DNA of 50,325 nt from Bradyrhizobium sp. (GCA_049802835.1 JBARNF010000618.1:1-50325), one strand, 5' to 3'. Shown: positions 1-9,161, numbered from the stretch's first letter. Notes: a model not told the origin generated them from the letters alone. Program-made: numbers and translations.

Positions 1-1253
1 GCATAGGCCGATTCGATTTCGCCGGACGGCCGCACATAGATCGAGCCCGAAGTGCCGTCGACGATGATGGCATCGCCCGGATCGGCAATGCCGGGTGCGT
101 TCGGCACCTCGCCGACCGCGGGGATGCCGAGTGCGCGCGCCACGATCGCCACGTGCGAGTTGGCCGTGCCTTCCTCGAGCACCAGCCCGCGCAGCCGCTT
201 GCGGTCGTAGTCGAGCAGCGCCGCCGGGCCCATCGCGCGCGCGATCAGGATCGCATTGTCGGGCATGTTCTCGCGCCGCGGCGCATGGTCCTGGCCGACC
301 AGCTGGCGCAGCAGCCGGTAGCCGAGATCCTCGAGGTCGTGCAGCCGCTCGCGCAGATAGGGGTCGGTCGAGCGCAACATGCGGGCGCGGGTGTCGGACT
401 GCACACGCTCGACGGCGGCCTCCGCGGTGAGGCCTGTCGCCACCGCCTCGTGCAGCTTGTGCGACCAGCCCTGGTCGTTGGCGAACATGCGATAGGCTTC
501 GAGCACGTCGCGGTGCTCGCCGCCGTCGGCGACGTCGCCGCGCTCCAGCATGCGGTCGAGGTCGGCGCGCAGCTTGACCAGCGCTGCGTCGAGCCGCTTG
601 ATTTCCTTCGGCAGATCCTCGGCGATGTAGTTGTTGATGACCACGCGCGGCTCATGGAGCACGACGTGGCCGAGCGCGATTCCGTCGGACAGCACCGTCC
701 CGGTCTTGTGGATCGAGTGCCGCGCGGCCGGCTCAGCGCCTGGCTGGGCCAGCGCCGCGAGTTCGCCGGAGGCGATCATCTCGGCGAGGACCATCGCCGT
801 GGTCTGCAGCGCCTCGACCTCTTCCTCGACATAGGTGCGCTTGGCGCGGTTCTGCACCACCAGCACGCCGAGCGTGTTGCCGGCGCGCAGGATCGGCACG
901 CCGAGGAAGGAATGGTAGATCTCTTCACCCGTTTCAGGGCGATACGAGAAGGCAGGGTGGCTCTGTGCGTCGTTCAGGTTGAGCGGGGTTGCCTCGCTCG
1001 CGACGAGACCGACGAGGCCCTCATGCGCGCTCAGCACCGTCATGTGCACGGCGTCGCGGTTCAGACCTTCGGTGGCGTAGAGTTCGAGCGTGTTGTCGAC
1101 GCGCAGCACATAGACCGAGCAGACCTCTGCGACCATGTTGGCCGCGATCAGCACCACGATCTTGTCGAGTCGCTCCTGTGCCGAGACCTGCTCCGCCATG
1201 GTCTCGCGAAGCCGTCTGAGCAGGACGCGGGGGCCTCCCGACGTGCTTCGCAT
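1..1253 (-). CDS. ptsP: PEP-protein phosphotransferase EI(Ntr) with N-terminal GAF domain; runs off the window start
   Basis: Not in ORF track (no stop in window). Manual translation from ATG at 1253: MRSTSGGPRVLLRRLRETMAEQVSAQERLDKIV...VAEVCSVY...LYATEGL (GAF) ... EEGTANSHVAIVARALGIPAV (phospho-His motif). Confidence 0.95.
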   Translation of the reverse strand, partial: MRSTSGGPRVLLRRLRETMAEQVSAQERLDKIVVLIAANMVAEVCSVYVLRVDNTLELYATEGLNRDAVHMTVLSAHEGLVGLVASEATPLNLNDAQSHPAFSYRPETGEEIYHSFLGVPILRAGNTLGVLVVQNRAKRTYVEEEVEALQTTAMVLAEMIASGELAALAQPGAEPAARHSIHKTGTVLSDGIALGHVVLHEPRVVINNYIAEDLPKEIKRLDAALVKLRADLDRMLERGDVADGGEHRDVLEAYRMFANDQGWSHKLHEAVATGLTAEAAVERVQSDTRARMLRSTDPYLRERLHDLEDLGYRLLRQLVGQDHAPRRENMPDNAILIARAMGPAALLDYDRKRLRGLVLEEGTANSHVAIVARALGIPAVGEVPNAPGIADPGDAIIVDGTSGSIYVRPSGEIESAY

Positions 1254-1553
1254 GTGGCACAATCCCCCTTCCTGGGCCAGCCCGGCAACAGCCGAGATCT
1301 GGCGCTAACCTCTCGACATCGAACAGCTTTCTTGATTCGGAACTATCGCACGTACAGAGTGCCGGTCCGAATCAGAACAACCATCACTGGAGCGCAGTTC
1401 GCGGCAGCCATCCTGCGAGGCGTATAGCGAATTGAGGCTTGTTTTGCCAAGCAAAACGCCTGCCATCGATGGCGGCGTCAACGGCTTTCGATGCCTCCGG
1501 GCCACTTTCTGCTGTCACATAATGGGACATATGTGGCCGAGGAGAAGGATTTT

Positions 1554-2810
1554 CTAGGCCTGATCCAGCCCGTAGAGCGTATGCAGCGTGCGGACCGCAA
1601 GCTCCGTATAGGCGGCGTCGATCAGGACCGAGAACTTGATCTCCGACGTCGTGATCGCGCGAATGTTGATGTTGCGCGCGGCCAGCGCAGCGAAGCCCTG
1701 GGCGGCCACCCCGGCATGGCTGCGCATGCCCGAGCCGATGACCGAGACCTTGGCAACATCGGTCGCGGTATCCAAGCGCTGGTAGCCGATCTTGTCCTTG
1801 GCCGTGGTGATCGTCTCGCGCGCCCGATTGTAGTCGGTGGCCGGCACGGTGAAGGTGAGATCGGTGGTCTTGCCGTCCTCCGACACGTTCTGCACGATCA
1901 TGTCGACATTGATGTTGGCATCCGCCAGCGGGCCGAAGATCGAGGCCGCGACGCCGGGCTTGTCCTCGATCTGGCGCACCGAGATCTGGGCCTCGTCCTT
2001 GGAAAAGGCGATACCGGTCACGACGTGATTTTCCATGATTTGTTCCTCGCTGCAGATCAGCGTCCCCGGCGGCTGGTTGGCGTACGGGTCGATATCCTCG
2101 GGCTTGTCGAAGCTGGAGCGGACAAAGATCGGCATGTTGTGCACCATGCCCAGTTCCACCGAGCGGACCTGCAGGACCTTGGCGCCCTGGGAGGCCAGCT
2201 CCAGCATGTCCTCGAACGCGATCTTGTCGAGGCGTCTGGCCTTCGGGACGACGCGCGGATCGGTGGTGTAGACGCCGTCGACGTCGGTATAGATATCGCA
2301 GCGGTCGGCCTTGATGGCGGCCGCGATCGCCACCGCCGAGGTGTCGGAGCCACCGCGACCGAGCGTGGTGATTCGATTCGTGGCGGGGTTGATGCCCTGG
2401 AAGCCGGCGACGACGGCAACCTCCTTGCGCTCCTGGAAGCGATGGATCAGCTCGGAGCCGTCGATCTCGACGATTCGTGCCGAAGCATGCGCGTCGCTGG
2501 TCTTGATAGGTATCTGCCAGCCCTGCCAGGATCGCGCCTGGATCCCCATGCTCTGCAATACGATCGCAAGCAGGCCGGACGTGACCTGCTCGCCCGAGGC
2601 CACCACGGCGTCATATTCCCGCGCATCATGCATCGGCGACGCTTCGGTGCACCAGGCGACGAGCTCGTTGGTCTTGCCGGACATCGCGGAGACGACCACG
2701 GCGACCTCGTGGCCGGCGTCGACCTCGCGCTTCACATGGCGGGCGACATTGCGGATGCGGTCGATGTTGGCGACGGATGTGCCGCCGAATTTCAGCACGA
2801 GGCGACCCAT
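1554..2810 (-). CDS. lysC: Aspartate kinase
   Basis: MGRLVLKFGGTSV, VVVSAM, TLGRGGSDTSA, YTDVDGVYTTDPR, C-terminal ACT domains; start moved to ATG 2810. Confidence 0.97.
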   Translation of the reverse strand: MGRLVLKFGGTSVANIDRIRNVARHVKREVDAGHEVAVVVSAMSGKTNELVAWCTEASPMHDAREYDAVVASGEQVTSGLLAIVLQSMGIQARSWQGWQIPIKTSDAHASARIVEIDGSELIHRFQERKEVAVVAGFQGINPATNRITTLGRGGSDTSAVAIAAAIKADRCDIYTDVDGVYTTDPRVVPKARRLDKIAFEDMLELASQGAKVLQVRSVELGMVHNMPIFVRSSFDKPEDIDPYANQPPGTLICSEEQIMENHVVTGIAFSKDEAQISVRQIEDKPGVAASIFGPLADANINVDMIVQNVSEDGKTTDLTFTVPATDYNRARETITTAKDKIGYQRLDTATDVAKVSVIGSGMRSHAGVAAQGFAALAARNINIRAITTSEIKFSVLIDAAYTELAVRTLHTLYGLDQA

Positions 2811-2955
2811 GACGACGCACTCATTCCCATCAGGAGGATAAGTTGACCGGCATGCGCAAAACCGGAGGCGCGCCCGCCGAAACGCGCGTATACATAGCGG
2901 CGCGGCCGGGGGCAAGCCGGTTCCTTGTGGTGAAGGGGTGGGGTAGAGGCGGAGT

Positions 2956-3423
2956 ATGGCGCGTTACATCGACGAGATCCTGCAACCCGGCGAGAAGGTG
3001 CTTTATTCGACCAATGCGCACTGGATGTTCTATCTGCCGGCCATCGGCGGCTGGATCGTTGCGTTCGCGCTCGTCGTTCTTTCGCGGATGACCGTCAACG
3101 ACAATCTCACGATGCTGTGTCTGGCCACGGCCGCCGTCATCGCCGTGGTCGCACTGTATTGGACGGTCCGGGCCTGGTTCCACCGGCTGACCACCGAGAC
3201 CGACGTCACCAATCGCCGCGTCGTCCATAAAACCGGTTTCATCAAGCGCCGTACCTTCGAAATGGCCCTCGACAAGGTCGAGAGTGTCGACGTCAACCAG
3301 ACCATCATGGGACGGCTTCTCAACTATGGCGACGTCACCATCTTGGGTGTGGGCGAAGGCAAGGAAACCATTGCGACCATCGCGGAGCCGCTGGCGTTTC
3401 GCAACGCCATTACGGCGCGCTAG
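2956..3423 (+). CDS. Membrane protein with bacterial PH (bPH_2-like) domain
   Basis: Two hydrophobic helices then VTNRRVVHKTGFIKRRTFEMALDKVESVDVNQ...GRLLNYGDV; GGAG RBS before ATG. Confidence 0.8.
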   Translation: MARYIDEILQPGEKVLYSTNAHWMFYLPAIGGWIVAFALVVLSRMTVNDNLTMLCLATAAVIAVVALYWTVRAWFHRLTTETDVTNRRVVHKTGFIKRRTFEMALDKVESVDVNQTIMGRLLNYGDVTILGVGEGKETIATIAEPLAFRNAITAR

Positions 3424-3464
3424 GCCGTCACGGCGCTTCAGATTCGATCAATGAGTATTCAGTG

Positions 3465-4235
3465 ATGACAATGCCTCAGGATTCCCGCAGCCCCTCTGTT
3501 CCTCCGGGCTCGACCGTCGATCCGGCCGAGATCGCGAAGTTCTCGAAACTGTCCGAGACCTGGTGGGACCCCAAGGGCAAGATGGCGCCCCTGCACAAGA
3601 TCAACCCGCTGCGCCTGACCTATATCCGCGACGCCGCCTGCCGGAAGTTCGAGCGCAACGCCAAGAGCCTGAACTGCCTGTCGGGATTGCGGATGCTCGA
3701 TATCGGCTGTGGCGCAGGACTGTTGTGCGAGCCGTTCACGCGGCTGGGTGCCCAGGTGGTCGGCGTCGATCCGTCGGCGAGCAACATCGCCGCGGCGAGG
3801 CTGCACGCCGAGAAAGGTCATCTGTCGATCGACTACCGCTGCACCACGGTCGAGGAGATGGACCTGCGCGAACGCTTCGACATCGTGCTCGCGATGGAGG
3901 TCGTCGAGCATGTCACGGACGTCAGCGCCTTTCTCGGCCGCTGCGCGGCGCTGCTGAAGCCGGGCGGATTGATGGTGGTTTCGACCCTGAACCGGAACTG
4001 GAAGAGCTTTGCGCTGGCCATCGTCGGCGCGGAATATGTGCTGCGCTGGCTGCCGCGCGGGACCCACCAGTGGAACAAGTTCGTCACGCCGGACGAACTG
4101 ACCAAATGCCTGCTCGACAATCGCCTCGTGATCACGGAGCAAAGCGGCGTCGTCTACAGCCCGTTCGCGGACCGCTGGAGCCTGTCGCCCGACATGGACG
4201 TGAACTACATGATGGTCGCCGAGCAGATGGTGTAG
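3465..4235 (+). CDS. ubiG: Ubiquinone biosynthesis O-methyltransferase
   Basis: WWDPKGKMAPLHKINPLRL, LDIGCGAGLL SAM motif, MEVVEHV, LPRGTHQW; start could be 3462/3465/3471. Confidence 0.95.
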   Translation: MTMPQDSRSPSVPPGSTVDPAEIAKFSKLSETWWDPKGKMAPLHKINPLRLTYIRDAACRKFERNAKSLNCLSGLRMLDIGCGAGLLCEPFTRLGAQVVGVDPSASNIAAARLHAEKGHLSIDYRCTTVEEMDLRERFDIVLAMEVVEHVTDVSAFLGRCAALLKPGGLMVVSTLNRNWKSFALAIVGAEYVLRWLPRGTHQWNKFVTPDELTKCLLDNRLVITEQSGVVYSPFADRWSLSPDMDVNYMMVAEQMV

Positions 4236-4282
4236 CGCGGCGTCGCTTTTCGCTTCGGCCCGGATGTCGCTCCAAAAATGGT

Positions 4283-4435
4283 GTCGTCCCTGCGAACGCA
4301 GGGACCCATAGCCACCGGCAGATGTTTGTCGCACGACAGGTCCAACGTGCAGCCTGCCCCAAGACAGATTACGCGGTATGGGTCCCGGGTCTGCGCCCGC
4401 TGACGCGTCGCGTCAGCGGGCTTGCCCGGGACGAC
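4283..4435. repeat. REP doublet (family A, GTCGTCCC-hairpin-GGGACCCATA), inverted pair with ~66-bp spacer
   Basis: Left gtcgtccctgcgaacgcagggacccata 4283-4310; right tatgggtcccggg...cccgggacgac 4377-4435 containing an extra 13-bp perfect hairpin. Confidence 0.9.
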
Positions 4436-4504
4436 AGCTTTGCTCTTCTCGTCAGCTTCACCCTCCGGTGTCGTCGGTCAAGCCCGCTAAGCCGCCTAAC
4501 AAAT

Positions 4505-4923
4505 GGTGTCGTCCCCGCGAACGCAGGGACCCATAACCCCAGGGAGCGGTTTGGGGCACGCTAGGAGATCAGGTCGCTGAGGTTGCGCCATTCGAGATTG
4601 TCGCGCTCGATCAGCTCGATTTTCCAGTCGCGCTTCCAGCGCTTGAGCTGTTTCTCGCGGATGATCGCCTCTTCGGCGACAGAGTACGTTTCAACATAGA
4701 CGAGACGAAAGACTTCGTACTTCTTCACAAAGAGCGAGCCCTGACCATCGCGATGTTGCTGAAGCCGTTTGTGAATCGAGTTGGTCACGCCAACATACAG
4801 GGTGCCGTGACGGCCGCTCGCGAGAATATAGACGTAATACATACCCGTACCATCCCGTGGATGGATTGTCGAAAATCATTGAAGCCGGTGGTTATGGGTC
4901 CCTGCGTTCGCAGGGACGACACC
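4505..4923. mobile_element. Candidate REP-flanked GIY-YIG element (34-bp terminal inverted repeats around one nuclease gene)
   Basis: 4505-4538 ggtgtcgtccccgcgaacgcagggacccataacc matches the reverse complement of 4890-4923 at 33/34; each repeat contains a GC hairpin; encloses only the GIY-YIG ORF. Mobility is inferred. Confidence 0.65.
4561..4842 (-). CDS. Small stand-alone GIY-YIG nuclease family protein (93 aa)
   Basis: YYVYIL...TLYVGVT..(K)RLQQH...AIIREKQLKRWKRDWKIELIE..N..W; the family Tyr/Tyr/Arg/His/Glu residues are present; lower GC than flanks (27/60 GC in 4681-4740). Confidence 0.92.
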   Translation of the reverse strand: MYYVYILASGRHGTLYVGVTNSIHKRLQQHRDGQGSLFVKKYEVFRLVYVETYSVAEEAIIREKQLKRWKRDWKIELIERDNLEWRNLSDLIS

Positions 4924-5070
4924 GTCTTTTTGGCGCGATTGTACCACGAGCCCTAAAGATGCGCCTGTCGTCCCGCCGGGGGCAGCAATCCTGACATGCC
5001 GCCTGTCCTGTTGACCCGACGCCTCCTGCTCGTCACGGTGGCCGGCCCTCACAGCCGCTCCGTACCCCGC

Positions 5071-5970
5071 ATGCTCTCCATCACCTCGCTCTGGATTCCG
5101 TTCACGCTGGTCGCAGCCGCCGGTCAGGTCGCGCGCAACGCGATGCAGCGGTCGTTGACGGCCAGGCTCGGCACCTGGGGCGCGACCAACATCCGCTTCC
5201 TGTTCGGCTTCCCGTTCTCGCTGGTGTTCCTGACGGTGGTGCTGCTGGCCACCGGCGATCGCCTGCCGTGGCCATCGGCGGCGTTCTGGCCCTGGCTGCT
5301 GCTCGGCGCGCTCAGCCAGATCATCGGCACCGGGCTGATGCTGCTGGCGATGACCGACCGCTCCTTCGTGGTCACGACCGCATATCTGAAGACCGAGGCG
5401 ATCCAGACCGCGATCTTCGGTTTCATCTTCCTCGGCGATCCGCTCTCGGTCGCCAAGTTGAGCGCGATCCTGATCGCCACCATTGGTGTCGTGATCACGG
5501 CGCTGAGGCCCGGTGGCGAGAAGAGCTTTGCGGAGTTGAAGCCGACCGTGACCGGCCTGATCGCAGCCGCCGCCTTCGCGTTGTCGGCCGTCGGTTTCCG
5601 TGGCGCGATCATCACGGTGGAGGGCGTCTCCTTCGTCACGGCCGCGTCCACCACGCTGGTATGGGGCCTGTTCGTACAGACGGCGATCCTGACCGTCTAT
5701 TTGCTCGTGCGCGCGCCGGACATCCTGCGCGGCATCCTGTCGCTGTGGCGGCCGTCGATGATGGCCGGCTTCGTCGGCGCCTTCGCCTCGCAGTTCTGGT
5801 TTCTGGCCTTTGCGCTCACCGCGGCGGCCAACGTCCGCACGCTCGCGTTGATCGAGGTCCTGTTCGCGCAGGGCGTCTCGTACTATTCGTTCAAGCAGCC
5901 GGTCTCGCTGCGCGAGATCTGCGGTATCGCGCTGATCGTGGCCGGGGTCGCGCTGCTGATCGCAGTGTAG
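5071..5970 (+). CDS. EamA/DMT family transporter
   Basis: About 10 hydrophobic segments in two repeats; start taken at ATG 5071 (MLSITSLWIPF). Confidence 0.85.
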   Translation: MLSITSLWIPFTLVAAAGQVARNAMQRSLTARLGTWGATNIRFLFGFPFSLVFLTVVLLATGDRLPWPSAAFWPWLLLGALSQIIGTGLMLLAMTDRSFVVTTAYLKTEAIQTAIFGFIFLGDPLSVAKLSAILIATIGVVITALRPGGEKSFAELKPTVTGLIAAAAFALSAVGFRGAIITVEGVSFVTAASTTLVWGLFVQTAILTVYLLVRAPDILRGILSLWRPSMMAGFVGAFASQFWFLAFALTAAANVRTLALIEVLFAQGVSYYSFKQPVSLREICGIALIVAGVALLIAV

Positions 5971-5998
5971 TCAGCCCTTGATCGCGATCAGCACTGCG

Positions 5999-6122
5999 AT
6001 TGCGAGCGAAGCAATCCAGAATCTTTCCTCGGCTCCTGGATTGCTTCGCTTCGCTCGCAATGACGAAGACAATCTCGAGATTCCTGGTGCGCTCGCTGTC
6101 GCGAGCGCGCGCCGGAACGACG
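5999..6122. repeat. Composite REP cluster: truncated family-B doublet (5999-6065) plus right half of family-D (about 6075-6122)
   Basis: ttgcgagcgaagcaatcca...tggattgcttcgcttcgctcgcaatgacg resembles 17965-18039; aagacaatctcgagattcctgg...ccggaacgacg resembles the right arm of 20802-20955. Confidence 0.75.
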
Positions 6123-6133
6123 AGATTATCTTG

Positions 6134-6622
6134 TCAATTCCGATCGTCCGGCAGCACGGGAATCGGCGCGACCTCGATGCCTTCCTCGACCAGCTCGCGC
6201 GCCTCCTGCAGCGACGCCTCGCCATAGATCGGCCGGTGCTCGGTCTCGCCATAGTGCATCTTGCGCGCTTCGGTCGGGAACCGCTCGCCGACATCGTCGG
6301 CGTTCTTGACGATGTGGTCGCGCAGCTCCTTGAGCTTGGCGCGCAGCTCGCGCTCCTGCGCCATCATCAGCGATGTCGATGCCGGCGGAATGACGTCCTG
6401 CGCCGGCGCCTGCGCCGGCGTCGGCGCGGCCTGCACGGGTGCGACCTCGCGGCCCTTCTTGCTGACGATGCGCGGCGCCATGATCGCCTTCTCGACCTTG
6501 GCCGAGCCACAGGTCGGGCATTCCACCAGCTTGCGCTTCACCTGCGATTCGTAGGTCGAGGAGCTCTGGAACCAGCTTTCGAAGCTGTGACCACGCTCGC
6601 AGCGCAGCGCGTAACGGATCAT
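6134..6622 (-). CDS. DUF1178 family protein (zinc-ribbon-like)
   Basis: MIRYALRCERGHSFESWF...VECPTCGS..VEKAIMAP...VGERFPTEARKMHYGE. Confidence 0.9.
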   Translation of the reverse strand: MIRYALRCERGHSFESWFQSSSTYESQVKRKLVECPTCGSAKVEKAIMAPRIVSKKGREVAPVQAAPTPAQAPAQDVIPPASTSLMMAQERELRAKLKELRDHIVKNADDVGERFPTEARKMHYGETEHRPIYGEASLQEARELVEEGIEVAPIPVLPDDRN

Positions 6623-7497
6623 GCCGAGCCTCGTACGAGGTGCAGATAATCCGGACCGGCCTTGGGGTCGGCGATACCGAAGCGACGACCGTGCTGCAGC
6701 GAGGGAATCGTCTGGCGCACGGTTTCGACCCGGGAAGGATCGATGCGCGCCAGGAACACGCCCGGTTCGACGCCGCCCTCGGCGAGCACCTCACCCCAGG
6801 GATCGATGATCAGCGAGTGACCGAAGGTCTCGCGCTTGTTCTCGTGCAGGCCGCACTGGGCGGCGGCGAAGACGAAGCAGCCGGTCTCGATGGCGCGGGC
6901 GCGCAACAGCGTGTGCCAATGCGCCTCGCCGGTCTTGCGGGTGAAGGCGGAGGGGACGCTGATGAAGGACGCGCCGGTCTCGGCCAGCGCCCGGTAGAGC
7001 GCGGGAAAGCGGACGTCATAGCAGATGGTCAGACCCAGCCGTCCCCAGGGCAGATCCGAGATCACGGCTGTCTCGCCCGGCTGGTAGTTGGCGGATTCGC
7101 GATAGCTCTCGCCGCCCGGCAGGTCGATGTCGAACATGTGGATCTTGTCGTAGCTCGCCAGCACGTTGCCGTCCGGCCCGATCAGGAACGAGCGGTTGAC
7201 GGCCTTGTCCTCCGAGAAGCGCAAGGCCAGCGAGCCGATATGGAGATGAATGTTCAGCTCCTTGGCCAGGGCCTGGTAGGCCTTCAGCGAAGGGTCCTCG
7301 TCCTCGCTCTTGAGCTGCTCGAACAGGGCCGTCCGGTTGAGCTGCATCATGTTGCTCACTTCGGGCGTCTGGACGTATTCGGCACCTTGCGCCACCGCTT
7401 CCCGGATCAGCCGGGTGCCCTGCTCGAGGCTCGGCTCAGCCAGCAGGGAGGTGCGCATCTGCACCATTGCGGCGACGAAGCTGCGGTCCGTGCTCAT
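6619..7497 (-). CDS. Carbon-nitrogen hydrolase (Nit1/deaminated-glutathione amidase-like)
   Basis: TPE, YDKIHMFD, ICYDVRFP (Glu-Lys-Cys triad); ATG 7497 overlaps the grxC stop (ATGA). Confidence 0.92.
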   Translation of the reverse strand: MSTDRSFVAAMVQMRTSLLAEPSLEQGTRLIREAVAQGAEYVQTPEVSNMMQLNRTALFEQLKSEDEDPSLKAYQALAKELNIHLHIGSLALRFSEDKAVNRSFLIGPDGNVLASYDKIHMFDIDLPGGESYRESANYQPGETAVISDLPWGRLGLTICYDVRFPALYRALAETGASFISVPSAFTRKTGEAHWHTLLRARAIETGCFVFAAAQCGLHENKRETFGHSLIIDPWGEVLAEGGVEPGVFLARIDPSRVETVRQTIPSLQHGRRFGIADPKAGPDYLHLVRGSA

Positions 7498-7769
7498 GAT
7501 ATCGCCTTGTCTCCGGTCAGCATGGCGTCGAGCCTGCCCTCGCGATCGAGCGCATAGAGATCGTCGCAGCCGCCGATGTGGGTTTGCCCGATGAAGATCT
7601 GCGGAAAGGTCGAGCCCGGTCCGACCAGGTCGTACATTTTCTGCCGGACTGACGGATCCTTGCCGGCATCGTGCTCGGTGAAGGTGACTTTCTTGCGGGT
7701 GAGGAGCGATTTGGCAGCGGTGCAGTAGCCGCACCCCGGACGGGTATAGATTTCGATCGCAGCGGTCAT
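7494..7769 (-). CDS. grxC: Glutaredoxin 3
   Basis: CGYC active site, TFPQIFI, IGGCDDL. Confidence 0.93.
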   Translation of the reverse strand: MTAAIEIYTRPGCGYCTAAKSLLTRKKVTFTEHDAGKDPSVRQKMYDLVGPGSTFPQIFIGQTHIGGCDDLYALDREGRLDAMLTGDKAIS

Positions 7770-7798
7770 GTCGTGCTCTGCTGTTACGGAGCCTCCGA

Positions 7799-8587
7799 TT
7801 ATATGGGAGCGCGGGGCGCATCGACAACCCGGGCAAAGACGAGCACGCTGACCTCGGCTGCCTTTGCCCGCAGCAAGGCGCGGGCGCAGGCATCGACCGT
7901 GGCGCCGGTGGTCAGGACATCGTCGACCAGCACGATCCGGCGCCCCTGCACATCCTGCAGGCGGTCTGCTGATACCTGGAATGCGCCCTGCACATTGCTG
8001 GCGCGCTGGGCACGCGACAGGCCGACCTGCTGCTCGGTCGCGCGCACGCGGCGCAAGGCACTGCCATGCAGTCTGGTGCCGCTGTGCCGGGCGATCGCCC
8101 GTGCCAGTGCGCCGGACTGGTTGTAGCGGCGGCTGAAGCCGCGCTGCCAGTGCAGCGGCACCGGGACCAGCATGTCGGCTCCGTCGAGCAGCTCGCGCCC
8201 GGCCCGCGCCATCCAGCGTCCCATGATCGGCGCCAGGTCGGTGCGGTCCTGATATTTCAGTGCATGCACCAGCGTGCGCGCGGCATCGTCATAGCGCACG
8301 GCGGCCCGTGCCCGCGCATAGGCGGGCGGTGCGGCGATCGCTTCCATGGACAGCAGCTCGGGGCCGGGATCGTAGACGAAGGGAATGCCGAGCTTCGGGC
8401 AATACGGCCGCTCGATGAACGACAATTTGCCCCAGCAGGCGGCGCAGACGCCGTCGCCGTCGACCGGCTCCCGGCAGGAGATGCAGAGCGTCGGCAGCGC
8501 GATGTCGAGCGCGAGCTTGGCGATATGGGCAAATCCGCCGCGCAGCGCGCCGACGGTGGATGGCCAGGAGTCAGGCAAGGAGATCAC
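7799..8587 (-). CDS. comF: ComF family protein (double zinc ribbon + PRTase)
   Basis: CISC..CAAC..CPK, PVPLH..RRYNQS, LVDDVLTTGAT; start uncertain (GTG 8587 has GGAGAG upstream; TTG 8578 alternative). Confidence 0.88.
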   Translation of the reverse strand: MISLPDSWPSTVGALRGGFAHIAKLALDIALPTLCISCREPVDGDGVCAACWGKLSFIERPYCPKLGIPFVYDPGPELLSMEAIAAPPAYARARAAVRYDDAARTLVHALKYQDRTDLAPIMGRWMARAGRELLDGADMLVPVPLHWQRGFSRRYNQSGALARAIARHSGTRLHGSALRRVRATEQQVGLSRAQRASNVQGAFQVSADRLQDVQGRRIVLVDDVLTTGATVDACARALLRAKAAEVSVLVFARVVDAPRAPI

Positions 8588-9161
8588 GATGCTCTCCGAG
8601 AATGGCGCGCGCCGTTCTGGTCCTGGCACCGTGGCCTTTGACGACCGCATCATAGGCGGCGCGCATCTGGCGGGCCGCCTGTTCGGCCCGGATCCCGCCA
8701 ATGCCGGTGCCCATTCCCGGCACCAGCAGCGAGGTGATCGGCACCGCCTGCGTAGCATTATGGGTCAGCACCGCGATCAGAGCCGCGCGCAGGGCGAGGT
8801 AGACGTTCGCGGTCCCCTCGATCCGCGACGGCACGCGCATGGTCGGGGCGCTGACAAGATATCGAATCTCCGGATGTCCGGTTGGGATGATGACCGCCTG
8901 TCCCACCGGAAGCTCGCCATAATGGCATGCGGCCAGCAGCTCGCGAAGCTCCGTCTCGACCTGCCAACCGAAGTGGCGCGCGTAGTGCAAGTCGATGCCG
9001 CCATCCATGAAGCCGAAGCTGTTCGCTGGGCTCACGACGGCATCGGCGTGCTGGTCCAGAATGCTTCCGTGAGAGATCTGGACCTCGCCAATGTCGGCGA
9101 ATGCGAACCGCCAGGCTTCGACCACCTCGATGCTGATGTCGCGAAGGTGGACCGTGAGCAT
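8571..9161 (-). CDS. Macro domain (Appr-1-p processing / ADP-ribose-binding or hydrolase) protein
   Basis: DAVVSPANSFGFMDGGID, SAPTMRVP, LVPGMGTGIGG macrodomain loops. Confidence 0.88.
   Translation of the reverse strand: MLTVHLRDISIEVVEAWRFAFADIGEVQISHGSILDQHADAVVSPANSFGFMDGGIDLHYARHFGWQVETELRELLAACHYGELPVGQAVIIPTGHPEIRYLVSAPTMRVPSRIEGTANVYLALRAALIAVLTHNATQAVPITSLLVPGMGTGIGGIRAEQAARQMRAAYDAVVKGHGARTRTARAILGEHRDLLA

Noticed and set aside
4283..4923. Repeated ~28-bp palindromes as a CRISPR array
   Set aside because: Repeats are inverted pairs with irregular spacing, dispersed through the window, and no cas genes are present.
5950..6000. Partial inverted copy of the EamA 3' end (reads IAVLIAIKG-stop on the minus strand)
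   Set aside because: Too short to distinguish a gene relic from a chance or terminator-like hairpin.
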